A DNA stretch of 64,000 nt from a virus: IMG/VR virus record IMGVR_UViG_3300032050_010539; one strand, written 5' to 3'. Positions within the stretch are counted from its first letter, which is position 1. Each line of letters begins with the position of its first letter. Positions 9,734 through 19,103 of the stretch are shown here, in pieces. The translations under genes were made by a program, and so were the position numbers. The notes beneath the pieces are model-generated. The model worked only from the letters and a program-made list of their open reading frames with translations, was not told where the DNA came from and made no database searches.

Positions 9734-9806
9734 TGCAGGATAGCGGAATCGAACCGCTCTAAGCCGTCTTATGAGGACGGTGCCTCCACCTATCGGCCAA
9801 TCCTGC
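9734..9806 (-). tRNA. tRNA with CAT anticodon (elongator Met or Ile2)
   Basis: GCAGGAT acceptor stem; CCGTC-CTCATAA-GACGG anticodon arm; GGTTCGATTCC T-arm; no encoded CCA. Confidence 0.92.
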
Positions 9807-10045
9807 TTGGGGTGCAGCCCCGGGGGCCACGTTATCGGCCCTAACTGAGGGGGCCGCGTTATATCTAGTATGCCGTTACTTACCCTTTCTTATCAATCTA
9901 TCTGTATTCTTGTCCCACGCCGCTACATAGAAGTGATGTAACAGCCTGTGAAGCAGAATTACAAAGAAGATTAATCCACCAATCCGCGAAAGCAATAAAA
10001 TCACTATCTTCCTCCTGAGCTTAATTCTTGATAAGGTTTACTGTA

Positions 10046-10064
10046 TGCAGGATAGTGGAGTCGG
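10046..10064 (-). pseudogene. 3' remnant of the CAT tRNA
   Basis: TGCAGGATAGTGGAGTCG resembles the tRNA 3' ends at 9734 and 10860, and shares CTGTAT context with the 10860 copy. Confidence 0.5.
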
Positions 10065-10106
10065 TTACACTATTCCACTTATCCTTATTATGGCGCGGGC
10101 CTTGTG

Positions 10107-10310
10107 TTATAGCCTGGATGTAGAGTAGTGTAACATTCTACTACATGTATCACTGGCGGGCCCTCCATTAGACATGATCGATATCCATACCAACGCTATG
10201 ACGCATATTAACGCGACAAGGCCCCACTTAACGCGGGGCCCTACTCTAGGAATTAGATACATCAGGAATACTATGTACACGATAAAGAACGCTATTACTG
10301 TTATTGACAT
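10107..10310 (-). CDS. small two-TM membrane protein
   Basis: two hydrophobic helices; AAGGA RBS. Confidence 0.65.
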   Translation of the reverse strand: MSITVIAFFIVYIVFLMYLIPRVGPRVKWGLVALICVIALVWISIMSNGGPASDTCSRMLHYSTSRL

Positions 10311-10859
10311 GCTTGTATATCCTTAATAATTGAGTGGCTACACACTCTACTACATGTATCGCTGGCGGCCCCTCCAGCAGGTATGATTGATATCATTAGA
10401 TACATTAGAATCACTATGAACACGGTAAGGGTCACATATAAAGCTAATACTGTTTTTGACATGCCTATATCTCCTTAATAATTGAGTGGCTACACACTCT
10501 TGTCTATCCCTCTGCCTAGGTTTCGCTCGCATTTGATAGCTTAATATATGTTTAAATATAGCTAGAATATGGCGATATTTGCCGTATTTTCAACGCTGTA
10601 TTAAAAACCCCATTTTTATTGTTTAAATTGTTACATATTCTAACTGTATGTTATGGGCATATTTATTTGAGGTGAGAGAAGCTGTGGTTAATTGATAAGT
10701 ATAACTTATCGATATACAATACTATACTCTATACTAAGTAGCGCTAGCATAGACTACAATCAATAGTTAATAGGTTTGCCTCAGGGAGTAGAATGGCACT
10801 TTGATAGTGACTCATAGGTTTAACTTATATAACGTTGTGGGTTTTGCTCTAACGCTGTA

Positions 10860-10932
10860 TGCAGAATAGCGGAATCGAACCACTTTGAGCCGTCTTATGA
10901 GGACGGTGCCTATACCAATCGGCCAATTCTGC
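10860..10932 (-). tRNA. second tRNA with CAT anticodon
   Basis: GCAGAAT acceptor stem, identical anticodon arm CCGTCCTCATAAGACGG, GGTTCGATTCC. Confidence 0.92.
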
Positions 10933-11391
10933 TTATTGGGAAACCGTAGCTATGGTCTCATAGTCTATTATTCAGTAGGTGCTTCTATGGGGGGCCCCGC
11001 TCGTGCTAAGGCCACTACTACGGGTTAGGGGCCCGCGGGTTTATCGCCCCTCATGTTGAGTTATTACTTGCTCGAGGGCCATGGATAGTGCGGGCCCGCA
11101 GTCTAACTCTATACGGTAGCTTATCACGCTATTGACCTTAATCTTATCGTTCTCGAACCAATCACAACTGCGCTAGGCTCGAACTCACCGTATGCTTCTA
11201 CACTGGTATCCATTACGTAGCTCAGCGCTACGCTTCCACAGTGAAATCAGTCTGGCCCGCGCATAGCAGCTGTGCGTCTTCTACACGATAGTAGAAGGCC
11301 CTGTTACTGTAATTAGCTGGGCCCACAGTAAGTCCTACACAGTACTGAGTTAATGTGGCGCGCCTTGATATCTATGTTGTTTATGCTCAGG

Positions 11392-11613
11392 TTAATCATT
11401 ACTTAGAAGCTCTACTAGATAATCAATGGAACGGATACTATATTCTTTATTCGAGCCCTTGGCCCGCCAGCGGTTACGCGTCGGATAGTAGTAGTAGAAG
11501 CGGCCCTTAACGTTAATCAGTAGGGACCCATTACCAACAGAGGACCATTTAATGCCGTGTTTATCTAGGCACTCCTTAGCGTGATCAAACTCAGGGAAGT
11601 TTTCATTATTCAT
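11392..11613 (-). CDS. hypothetical protein, paralogue of 12205..12426
   Basis: MNNE..AK..LD.H.I.W...YYYY..R.RWRA.GSN.EY...SID.L shared. Confidence 0.75.
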   Translation of the reverse strand: MNNENFPEFDHAKECLDKHGIKWSSVGNGSLLINVKGRFYYYYPTRNRWRAKGSNKEYSIRSIDYLVELLSND

Positions 11614-11641
11614 GGGCTCATCCACTTTAATTAATAGGGTA

Positions 11642-11670
11642 TTGACAGGGCGGGGGCCCTGTGCTATAAT
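11642..11670 (+). promoter_or_regulatory. consensus sigma70/SigA promoter
   Basis: TTGACA-17nt-TATAAT with extended TG. Confidence 0.85.
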
Positions 11671-11676
11671 ACACGC

Positions 11677-12100
11677 ATGTGTATAACACATCTGCAGACG
11701 TAAGGCGAAGCTTTATACTGCGTACGCCGTGCCCCTAACTCACGAGAGCACGAAGGGAATGAGGCCAGGACTGCCTCACTACCACCTGGGTACCCGACAC
11801 CCACCTGCCATCGATAAGGTGATGATGGTAGGTAAGTCAAACGGCATACCGATAGGTATGTAGCCCCACACGGGGCGGAGGGGATGACCCCTTGCAGGCG
11901 GGAGGGGGCAGCGCACGCAGGTAATGAGAGCCACGGAGCAGCGACCGACTGGGGGGAGGGACTCCCGTAAGGGAGTTAGGCCTATCCTCTCCTCAGGATG
12001 ACATATAAACCGCCCTTGGCGATTCCCCCAATCGGGTGAAGCTATTTATTAGACGCTGTAACCAATAAATTATTGGCCCCCTTACGTTATCGGGGGGGCC
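11677..12100 (+). ncRNA. candidate large structured non-coding RNA
   Basis: no ORF; directly downstream of the consensus promoter; many stems, e.g. ACCTGCCATC/GATGGTAGGT, CATACC-GATA-GGTATG, GACTCCC-GTAA-GGGAGTT, GCCCC-ACAC-GGGGC. Confidence 0.55.
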
Positions 12101-12195
12101 CACCACAGGCCCACAACAGCTAACTTAATCCCTACTAGGGATTGAAACTCTAGGATGGGTCCCTCTGATTAGCTGTTGTGGGCCTGTGGTGGGCC
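12097..12195 (+). CRISPR. solitary type I-D-like CRISPR repeat enclosed in a 27-bp inverted repeat
   Basis: CTTAATCCCTACTAGGGATTGAAAC (12124-12148) between GGCCCACCACAGGCCCACAACAGCTAA and its reverse complement. Confidence 0.7.
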
Positions 12196-12204
12196 GTTAG
12201 TTAA

Positions 12205-12426
12205 TTAAGGGATCCTGGAGAGGAACTTTATTAGGTGGTCGATAGAGTGTGTATTATACTCCCTATTGCTTCCTCTGGCCCGCCACCTCCCCCGGCGCAG
12301 GTAGTAGTAGTAGGAGCGCTCTCCTACTGTGATACGAAGGCACTCATCGCTGATAGGCGCCCAGGGTATGCTGTGTGCATCTAGTCGCGCCTTAGCGTAA
12401 TTTATATCATTACTCTCATTATTCAT
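12205..12426 (-). CDS. hypothetical protein, paralogue of 11392..11613
   Basis: shared motifs with its paralogue. Confidence 0.75.
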   Translation of the reverse strand: MNNESNDINYAKARLDAHSIPWAPISDECLRITVGERSYYYYLRRGRWRARGSNREYNTHSIDHLIKFLSRIP

Positions 12427-12926
12427 TGGCTGTTCTATTATATTGGCACTATTATACTATCATTTGGCCGCCTAGACTATCGTATGGCACTATTGTGTCC
12501 ATTATTCTAATTGGGGCTCGCGGATAGTCCCTGTTCTATACCTGCTCTGCCCCTCGCCCTTATGAGAGTGGTTATAAGGGGGCTGTTATAAGGAGGGGGC
12601 CACCACGGAAGGGGTGGCGGTAATACCTACACGATCAACATAGTTCAGTCGTCATGTCCTTGTCTTCCTTATATTGATAGTCCACGAGGAGGGAAGGGGC
12701 CGCCTGATTATAGAGCGGGCCCCCCTCTACCGCAGGGCCCACTGTGTTATAACATCGCGGGCCCCATATGCATTGGTATATAACAGTAGCTGAGCTTATA
12801 CACTGGTTCCTTATACCGTAGTAGAGCCCACCATCGTGACAGTATGGCCTCAATACTGAGCTACACCGGCCGCGTACCGTTATACCGCGGGCCTTATGTT
12901 AGTTGACTGTATCCTCAATGTTGGGG

Positions 12927-12955
12927 TTGACACCACTGCAGGGGCGTGGTATAAT
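12927..12955 (+). promoter_or_regulatory. consensus sigma70 promoter
   Basis: TTGACA-17nt-TATAAT, extended TG. Confidence 0.8.
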
Positions 12956-13143
12956 GGATGTATTGGATTATAGAGGTGCGGCCGCTAGACTATTTAGGCC
13001 CATCTTGCTAGCATATCCACAAAATTAGCCTAATACATCACCCCCCTTCACAGAGATGCGGCCGGCGCCCAGATAGCACCACCTATGGCCATCGAGGGTT
13101 CCTAGAGCCCGGGCCTTCCTCGCTAATTAGTACATCGGCATTA

Positions 13144-13172
13144 TTGCCACGACGATAATTTCGATGTATAAT
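13144..13172 (+). promoter_or_regulatory. sigma70-like promoter
   Basis: TTGCCA-17nt-TATAAT followed by hairpin GCTCACTGA..TCAGTGAGC. Confidence 0.6.
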
Positions 13173-13269
13173 ATAGATATGCTAGTGCTCACTGAATATC
13201 TGGTCAGTGAGCATGATCTAGACCTACTGAATATCTGGCCAGTAGGTTGAACCTATCCCTAGATTGCGA

Positions 13270-13417
13270 CCCCGGCCTCCGATGGAGGGGGGGACCCGCG
13301 ATCAACGGATAATCAAATGCCCTATAGATGGCGTCCCGGCCTCCGATGGAGGGGGGATATGCATCTGTAGGGCATTTTCTTATCTCTCGATCCCGGCCTC
13401 CGATGGAGGGGGGACCC
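13270..13417. repeat. three direct repeats CCCGGCCTCCGATGGAGGGGGG
   Basis: copies at ~13270, ~13335, ~13392; internal palindrome CCTCC-GAT-GGAGG. Confidence 0.9.
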
Positions 13418-13502
13418 AGAGATAAGAAAATGCCGGGGGCCCATCGTGGGGGCTCCCGGCAACACAGTAGTAAAAAAGGAAGGAATACCCCCAGTATAAC
13501 AT

Positions 13503-14192
13503 ATGGAAACAAAATATTCAAGTAGCGGATTCGAACCTCGTCCATCTTATCACGCCATGTATATTATGCTAGGCGGGGCCCGCCGTTATCTCGCGGCTGC
13601 CACTATTCGTACCAATGCCAGTGGCTACCAGTACGTTCTCGCTAAGGAGAATAAGCGGCTATTCGACTATCTCGAGCAGTGTCGCTTCTTCGCGTTCCAC
13701 TGCACTAACGTCCGTAAGGAGTTGGTATATGTTCACCAGATAGTGCTCTACATTGATAGGCGGCCCGCCGCTGGTTGGAGACGAGAACGCCGCGGTGAGG
13801 TCTGCCGCGCGGGCCTCATGGAGGTACATCACCTCGATGGTGATACCTCTAATAACGACTATAGTAATCTCTGGTACGTGAGCCCCATCGAGAATAAGCT
13901 CCTGGCCCACGCTACTCAGAATCCTGAGGTTATCGCTGACCCCTCTCAGTGGGTAGCACACTACGGTACCGATAGTGGTGATATACGCCCCCTCGCTCAG
14001 TTCACCCGCCTGCTTGAGCGCACACTACAGTGCACTATGACGCGGTTGGGCCTCGATTGGGCTCAGGAGAAGGTGCAGCGCTGGTGGCGGGGCCTACCTA
14101 CTAATGCAGCTCGTCATCTCATGGCTGGCCTTAGATCTACTATCGATCCCCTACTTGATATCTTCAGGAGGGAGCAGGCTGCTTACGTGTGA
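13503..14192 (+). CDS. HNH endonuclease
   Basis: YVHQIV...EVHHLDGDTSNNDYSNLWYVSPIEN (HNH_3-type motif). Confidence 0.85.
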   Translation: METKYSSSGFEPRPSYHAMYIMLGGARRYLAAATIRTNASGYQYVLAKENKRLFDYLEQCRFFAFHCTNVRKELVYVHQIVLYIDRRPAAGWRRERRGEVCRAGLMEVHHLDGDTSNNDYSNLWYVSPIENKLLAHATQNPEVIADPSQWVAHYGTDSGDIRPLAQFTRLLERTLQCTMTRLGLDWAQEKVQRWWRGLPTNAARHLMAGLRSTIDPLLDIFRREQAAYV

Positions 14193-14272
14193 CGCTGTTG
14201 CTATGAGGCTGTACTCACAATTACGACGGGCCCCTCTACCTCTCGGCTCTATCCCTTATAGGGGCTGTTTAC

Positions 14273-14518
14273 TTATAAGGAGCGGGGCTGTTCGGCGGTA
14301 GCTGTTGTCTTATTATTATTTATTAAATCATCACATAAGTGCTGGCAATCATATATCACGTATTGACTGACGGCAAACGCGCTGTCTGCTACCATTATGT
14401 ACCCGTCCTCGCTATCCTTCTTAATTAGACCGCTCTTTAGTAACTCCTCTGCTTCCTCTCTAGTAATGGGAGAGAGGTACCTACCATCCTTTGCTCGTAT
14501 TGTGTATTTAATTTGCAT
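14273..14518 (-). CDS. hypothetical protein
   Basis: 81-aa ORF coupled to the upstream gene. Confidence 0.6.
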   Translation of the reverse strand: MQIKYTIRAKDGRYLSPITREEAEELLKSGLIKKDSEDGYIMVADSAFAVSQYVIYDCQHLCDDLINNNKTTATAEQPRSL

Positions 14519-14915
14519 ATGATTTGTTTAGTCTAGTACTGCTTGCCCGCGTGGCTCTCTCTCTAGCCGCATTTATTATCTTATTGTCTAGTTCTCTGTA
14601 AAACTCGTGGTCTCCTAGGGCCATGAAGTAGCCCATCGCTTCTACTAACTCGGGCCTCTCTCGGAAGTATTCTACTCTTCCTCCTCCCTCTAGATACCTC
14701 CCCAGTAATATCGCGATCTGCACCTCCTCATCATTGGCCTCTATCCATAGGCTCTTGAACGCTGTTGTACATATATTAATATCGTGGCCCATCTCTCGGG
14801 CCTTCGTTAATGTGTATCTCTCTAGTAAGGCGTATCGCATTAGAATGGGGAGATGGGCCGGGCCATACTCCTCTAACCATTCTGCTATTACCTCTAGTGC
14901 TGTATTTAGTTTCAA
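14508..14915 (-). CDS. hypothetical protein
   Basis: 135-aa ORF. Confidence 0.65.
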   Translation of the reverse strand: MKLNTALEVIAEWLEEYGPAHLPILMRYALLERYTLTKAREMGHDINICTTAFKSLWIEANDEEVQIAILLGRYLEGGGRVEYFRERPELVEAMGYFMALGDHEFYRELDNKIINAARERATRASSTRLNKSYAN

Positions 14916-15017
14916 TGTATTACGCGCCCTCTGGTATGAGCGGGGTTGGCCCGCTAGTAGCCGCGGGCCGTGTAATTTATAGCTAGGCTACTCTAGCTCT
15001 CTATTAACACTGGTGAG

Positions 15018-15452
15018 TTACATGGTCACCTTTTGGAAGAGCACATTTATATCTCCCTCGTGAATGAGGGTGTCATCACTACTACAGGCCTCATAATAAA
15101 CGGAGTCAATGTCGTCCTCCATGATTATGATATTATCCTCAGCCGTGGGTTCTTTGATTTTACATTCAATCACCATCGTGATGAATGGGTTATCATTTCC
15201 ATACATCTTGTAGCCATCAGCTACGCTCTTGGCTATATAATTGCTATGCGGGAACACTAGGTTGACAATCATACCAATGGCCAGCTCACTGATATCAATA
15301 GAACGGCCGTCTGCTAACTCCAAGTAATAGTCTTGTGCTCCAACGCAAGTTCCAGTTAATACGGCGTTGCCGCTGCGGTTAGTCGTAAATGTAACTTGTT
15401 TGGTTTCACTCGAACGGGTTAATTTGATTCTTAGTTTCATTCTTGGTTTCAT
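15018..15452 (-). CDS. hypothetical protein (possible OB-fold), tandem paralogue
   Basis: KQVTFT..GNAVLTGTCVGA.DY.L.LA.G.S shared with 15550..16071. Confidence 0.75.
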   Translation of the reverse strand: MKPRMKLRIKLTRSSETKQVTFTTNRSGNAVLTGTCVGAQDYYLELADGRSIDISELAIGMIVNLVFPHSNYIAKSVADGYKMYGNDNPFITMVIECKIKEPTAEDNIIIMEDDIDSVYYEACSSDDTLIHEGDINVLFQKVTM

Positions 15453-15549
15453 GGCAGTCCTGCTTAATTATTTGATGGGGTGACCCTCTACCTAGTAGAG
15501 GGTCACTCTTCCCCTCGGCGAGCCGTGTAATTTATACTCTAGCTCTCTA

Positions 15550-16071
15550 TTAGTGTCTCTCTTGGAGAGTTACCTTACGGTTGAAACAGTTGGGAGCACC
15601 TGAAGTAGGAACACTTGCTTCACGCGCTGCTCCACTTGCTCCCTTAGTTCCTGCCCCCTTCTGGAAGAGCATATCTAACTCATCCTCGGTCACGAGGGTA
15701 TCATCATTCATCGCCTCATAATTAACTGATGTGATGTCTGCCATCATGATTATGAGGTTACCTTCAGCCGTAGGCTTCTTGGTCTTACATTCAATCACCA
15801 TCGTGATAAATGGGCTACCGTTTCCATATTCCTCATAGGCCGAGGCTATACTCTCGACTGCACTCTGAGCATCGCGCGAAGAGAATACTACATTGACAGT
15901 TAGCCCGACGGCTAGATCACTAGCGTCGACAGAACCACCGTTTGCTAGCTTCAAATGATAGTCAGAGGCCCCCACACAGGTGCCGGTTAGCACCGCGTTG
16001 CCCTTTTCGGTGAAGGTAAAGGTGACCTGCTTGTTTGATGTTTTACGAGTTAATTTGATCTTGAGTTTCAT
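15550..16071 (-). CDS. hypothetical protein (possible OB-fold), tandem paralogue
   Basis: GAGG RBS; paralogue of the previous gene. Confidence 0.75.
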   Translation of the reverse strand: MKLKIKLTRKTSNKQVTFTFTEKGNAVLTGTCVGASDYHLKLANGGSVDASDLAVGLTVNVVFSSRDAQSAVESIASAYEEYGNGSPFITMVIECKTKKPTAEGNLIIMMADITSVNYEAMNDDTLVTEDELDMLFQKGAGTKGASGAAREASVPTSGAPNCFNRKVTLQERH

Positions 16072-16290
16072 AATACACCTCGGTTAGTTGGTTAATTGAT
16101 AAGGCGGGACCTGGGGTCTCTTAATGATGCGGCCACTCTTCCCCGCGGCGGGCTCCGTAGTATGGCCATACTTGACGGCTGGTCCCCCCCTGCGGGGGCC
16201 TTCTTCATCTCTAGACATGCCTTGGATACGAGAACTACTAGTCCTCTATATCGCGGCTTAATGGCTAGACTATATAGATGAATGGGGTAG

Positions 16291-16533
16291 CTAGACATTT
16301 CCTACCTCCCCTATCTTCCAGTAGCTCTTCCCGCCTACTCGACTCTCTACACCATTAGGTGATAGTATGATACGCGCATTGCTCCGCTTGGAGCTCGATA
16401 GATAGAGCGCGCGGGCCAGGAATGCTACGATTACTAGTATTGCTACACTATGTGTGATGACCAGCACTGCCATCATGAACATGAACAGTGATAGATACGC
16501 TACGTGACGCGCATCTAACTCTATAGGCTTCAT
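16291..16533 (-). CDS. small membrane protein
   Basis: hydrophobic helical hairpin; GGAG RBS. Confidence 0.6.
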   Translation of the reverse strand: MKPIELDARHVAYLSLFMFMMAVLVITHSVAILVIVAFLARALYLSSSKRSNARIILSPNGVESRVGGKSYWKIGEVGNV

Positions 16534-16634
16534 ATAGCTCTCCGGCGTATGTAGTTAATGGATGGGTACACCCAGTGCCGCCGATTAGGCCGCAGTCGAT
16601 GTCCCCTAGTGCCCCACTGGGGCCTAGTACCACA

Positions 16635-17678
16635 CTAGGAGACCCATTGGCTTATATAACTGACGACTATTAGTATGGGGAAGGGTAGCATCTTATCTAT
16701 CCCTGATATCTCCTCTACCATATACATCAGTCCTAGACATACGGCCCCCGGTAGGAATAGAATACTAACGTGAGTCGATGCCATCAACACGACCAGCGCG
16801 GCCGCCGTTACACCTAGATTGATAAGGCGAGTGGGGCCGGCGTGTAACCAGCGTTGCCACATAGGGCTCCTTATCATCCAGATGGTCAGCCAATAGGCTG
16901 ATAAGAATAGGGGTGTCAGTAACACTACTACGCCGACGAAGGCGGGCCAATTCAACTGATCTACATCCGTTAGGGCCAGATAGGAACTCATGGCATCTCG
17001 CCCACTACTATTACCTAACATGACTAGTCCCAATGATATGCCCCGCACAACGGCCTCGAGGTAGGATTCAGTCTTACCATCAGGGGCGGCTGCAGCTACA
17101 GGTAACCCAATAGCGAAGAATGGTCCTAGTGACATAGCGATTCCCAGCGCATTGCTGGTCTCACAGTCCTCAGTCTTACGTCTAGCGGGGCGTATTAGGC
17201 TGGCCATAACGTAGCCCCCCATACCTAGGATGGTAGTAGCGTGGGGCTGACTATGTAGCAGCCATAGGAAGATAGCCGTTATAACGGCTAGACCTATTAG
17301 CCTAGGCCGGCCCCAACACTGCACTAATATGAAGATGGCCATCATTAATGGCGTTATCCACATATGAGATACACCGAGGTATTGGTCCATCACTATTATG
17401 CCTAGACTGGCTACTATACCACCAATTAGGCTGGTGATGCGTATTAACAGCGAAGCCGATGCGTCGTACCCGCTAGTGGCGGTAACTACCCTCATACCAG
17501 TAAAGGCCGGGCTACTCATGCGGGCCTCACTGGTTATAGTTCCAATTATCACTATAGCTAATACGCCCATTGCGTTATCGCCGCTAATAAGCGGCATAAG
17601 CGCCATCAACAGAATCTCGATACTCAGATATGGTATCAGAGATACTATGAGGGCCAGTGCCCCCAATACGATTGTCAT
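16635..17678 (-). CDS. polytopic integral membrane protein
   Basis: about 10 hydrophobic segments in 347 aa. Confidence 0.8.
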   Translation of the reverse strand: MTIVLGALALIVSLIPYLSIEILLMALMPLISGDNAMGVLAIVIIGTITSEARMSSPAFTGMRVVTATSGYDASASLLIRITSLIGGIVASLGIIVMDQYLGVSHMWITPLMMAIFILVQCWGRPRLIGLAVITAIFLWLLHSQPHATTILGMGGYVMASLIRPARRKTEDCETSNALGIAMSLGPFFAIGLPVAAAAPDGKTESYLEAVVRGISLGLVMLGNSSGRDAMSSYLALTDVDQLNWPAFVGVVVLLTPLFLSAYWLTIWMIRSPMWQRWLHAGPTRLINLGVTAAALVVLMASTHVSILFLPGAVCLGLMYMVEEISGIDKMLPFPILIVVSYISQWVS

Positions 17679-17688
17679 GTGACTTACC

Positions 17689-17991
17689 CTAAGGTAATGT
17701 TTTAAAGGTAACGTTAATTAACGTGCCGTTACTAACGTTACCCGTTACTTCTATAAACCTACCGCTGCGTATTCTCCTAGCCAGGATAAGTAAACTGCAC
17801 CTGCTAGTGCCCGCATCCTCGTATAGGAGGACGTAGGCATGATTGGGTAGGGTAGGGTTAGAGTATGTAGTGCTCTTAACCCAGGCTCTGGTTGTCACGT
17901 GGGCGCCATTATAGCGCCTTATATCACATAGCTCCACTGGTATGGGCGGGGGCCTTCTCCCTAGTATAAGGGCGAGTAGTGTATCTAGCAC
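17689..17991 (-). CDS. hypothetical protein (OB-fold-like)
   Basis: YNGAHVTTRAWV...GRFIEVTGNV. Confidence 0.55.
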   Translation of the reverse strand: MLDTLLALILGRRPPPIPVELCDIRRYNGAHVTTRAWVKSTTYSNPTLPNHAYVLLYEDAGTSRCSLLILARRIRSGRFIEVTGNVSNGTLINVTFKTLP

Positions 17992-18550
17992 GTTTTATGG
18001 CCTCATTGAACTCGGTCTCGTTAACGAAGGTCATACTATACACTACACCTTGGTCCCATTCGATGATGGCGTATACGACACCGCCGTGTCGTAACGCATA
18101 ATTGATGGCCCGCACGTCGAGCGCATCGACGCGTAGGCTGAGGTTACCTAACAGATAGTAACCAGAATCAGGTTCGGTCTCTTGTAAGGGCTCCTCTATT
18201 CTGAGGAACCGCTTCTTAAGCCTAGGGTTGCTATCACTATCATAGTCTAGATAAGTACGGTTATAGGTGCCCTTAAACTCACCATTCACTACTCTCCCTT
18301 GTATATTTAACCGCTCGCCTATCTCAGGCGGGGGCCCATCTAAGGGTATATATACATAACAGCCTCTCCTATTAGAGGCAAGTAGGGGATCGGTGGATGT
18401 GATTACCTTAACTCTATCTACTACCTTGTCATTATTAGCGCTACATATGGAAGGCGAGGCCTTCGATAAGTTAGATCCTACGCCAGCGAATGCAGCTACG
18501 CCGAGTGCCATTATTGCACATATTATTAAGGCACTTAAGGGTTTTCTTCC
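17924..18550 (-). CDS. secreted/membrane-anchored hypothetical protein
   Basis: N-terminal signal-like hydrophobic segment. Confidence 0.6.
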   Translation of the reverse strand, partial: GRKPLSALIICAIMALGVAAFAGVGSNLSKASPSICSANNDKVVDRVKVITSTDPLLASNRRGCYVYIPLDGPPPEIGERLNIQGRVVNGEFKGTYNRTYLDYDSDSNPRLKKRFLRIEEPLQETEPDSGYYLLGNLSLRVDALDVRAINYALRHGGVVYAIIEWDQGVVYSMTFVNETEFNEAIKRARYTTRPYTREKAPAHTSGAM

Positions 18551-18720
18551 CATCTGCTGCACTCCTTAACAGAATATACTTCTTTATCCCATACCCAAGG
18601 AGGTACCTTCTCCAATTCGGACCGAACTACTGGAGTTCCCCAATAGTAATGCCCGTCAGAGAATTGACCCATACATGGATCTTGGTCATTACGACGGGCG
18701 CATGATAGGCAGAGGCTCAT
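18535..18720 (-). CDS. small Cys-rich protein
   Basis: CLSC...C...C; GGAG RBS. Confidence 0.55.
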   Translation of the reverse strand: MSLCLSCARRNDQDPCMGQFSDGHYYWGTPVVRSELEKVPPWVWDKEVYSVKECSRWEENP

Positions 18721-18734
18721 TTTTTACTCCCTAA

Positions 18735-19052
18735 TTACTTCTTTAATTGGTTAAAAACAGCAATTTCTTCTTTTATACTTTCCTCTGTTCTTTGTGCAAG
18801 AACTTCTATTGCTTGAGGCAATAACTCAGTAATACACTTACAGGCCTTGTCATATCTTTTAACACAAATCCAGTGGCCATAGTAACAGTTTTCAGGGTCT
18901 GTTACATATTTGACTGCAAAAAATAACCACTGGCAATTAGTGTAACTAATTTCTGCAACGAAACCGTACGAGAAATTATAAAAATCACACTCTCTTTTAG
19001 AGGCACCGAATACTTTTAAGACCTGGTTCTGAAACTCTTCAAATGATAGCAT
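18735..19052 (-). CDS. hypothetical protein, tandem paralogue
   Basis: MLSFEEFQNQVLKVF and upstream DNA identical to the next gene. Confidence 0.8.
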   Translation of the reverse strand: MLSFEEFQNQVLKVFGASKRECDFYNFSYGFVAEISYTNCQWLFFAVKYVTDPENCYYGHWICVKRYDKACKCITELLPQAIEVLAQRTEESIKEEIAVFNQLKK

Positions 19053-19103
19053 AACATCTCCTGTTGATAGATTAAATCTTGATTACTGATAGCTGATAAC
19101 CAA

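Noticed and set aside
9734-10932. Initiator tRNA-fMet, or a prophage attachment site
   Set aside because: The 1-72 pair is matched and the anticodon stem lacks three G-C pairs; no integrase is nearby and both flanks are phage-like
11677-12100. tmRNA, RNase P RNA or self-splicing intron
   Set aside because: No tRNA-like ends, no GAGGAAAGTCC motif, and no interrupted host gene or recognisable intron core
13204-13545. ORFs 13204..13545 (-) and 13328..13525 (+)
   Set aside because: Translations of the GC-rich repeat array with low complexity; probably not coding
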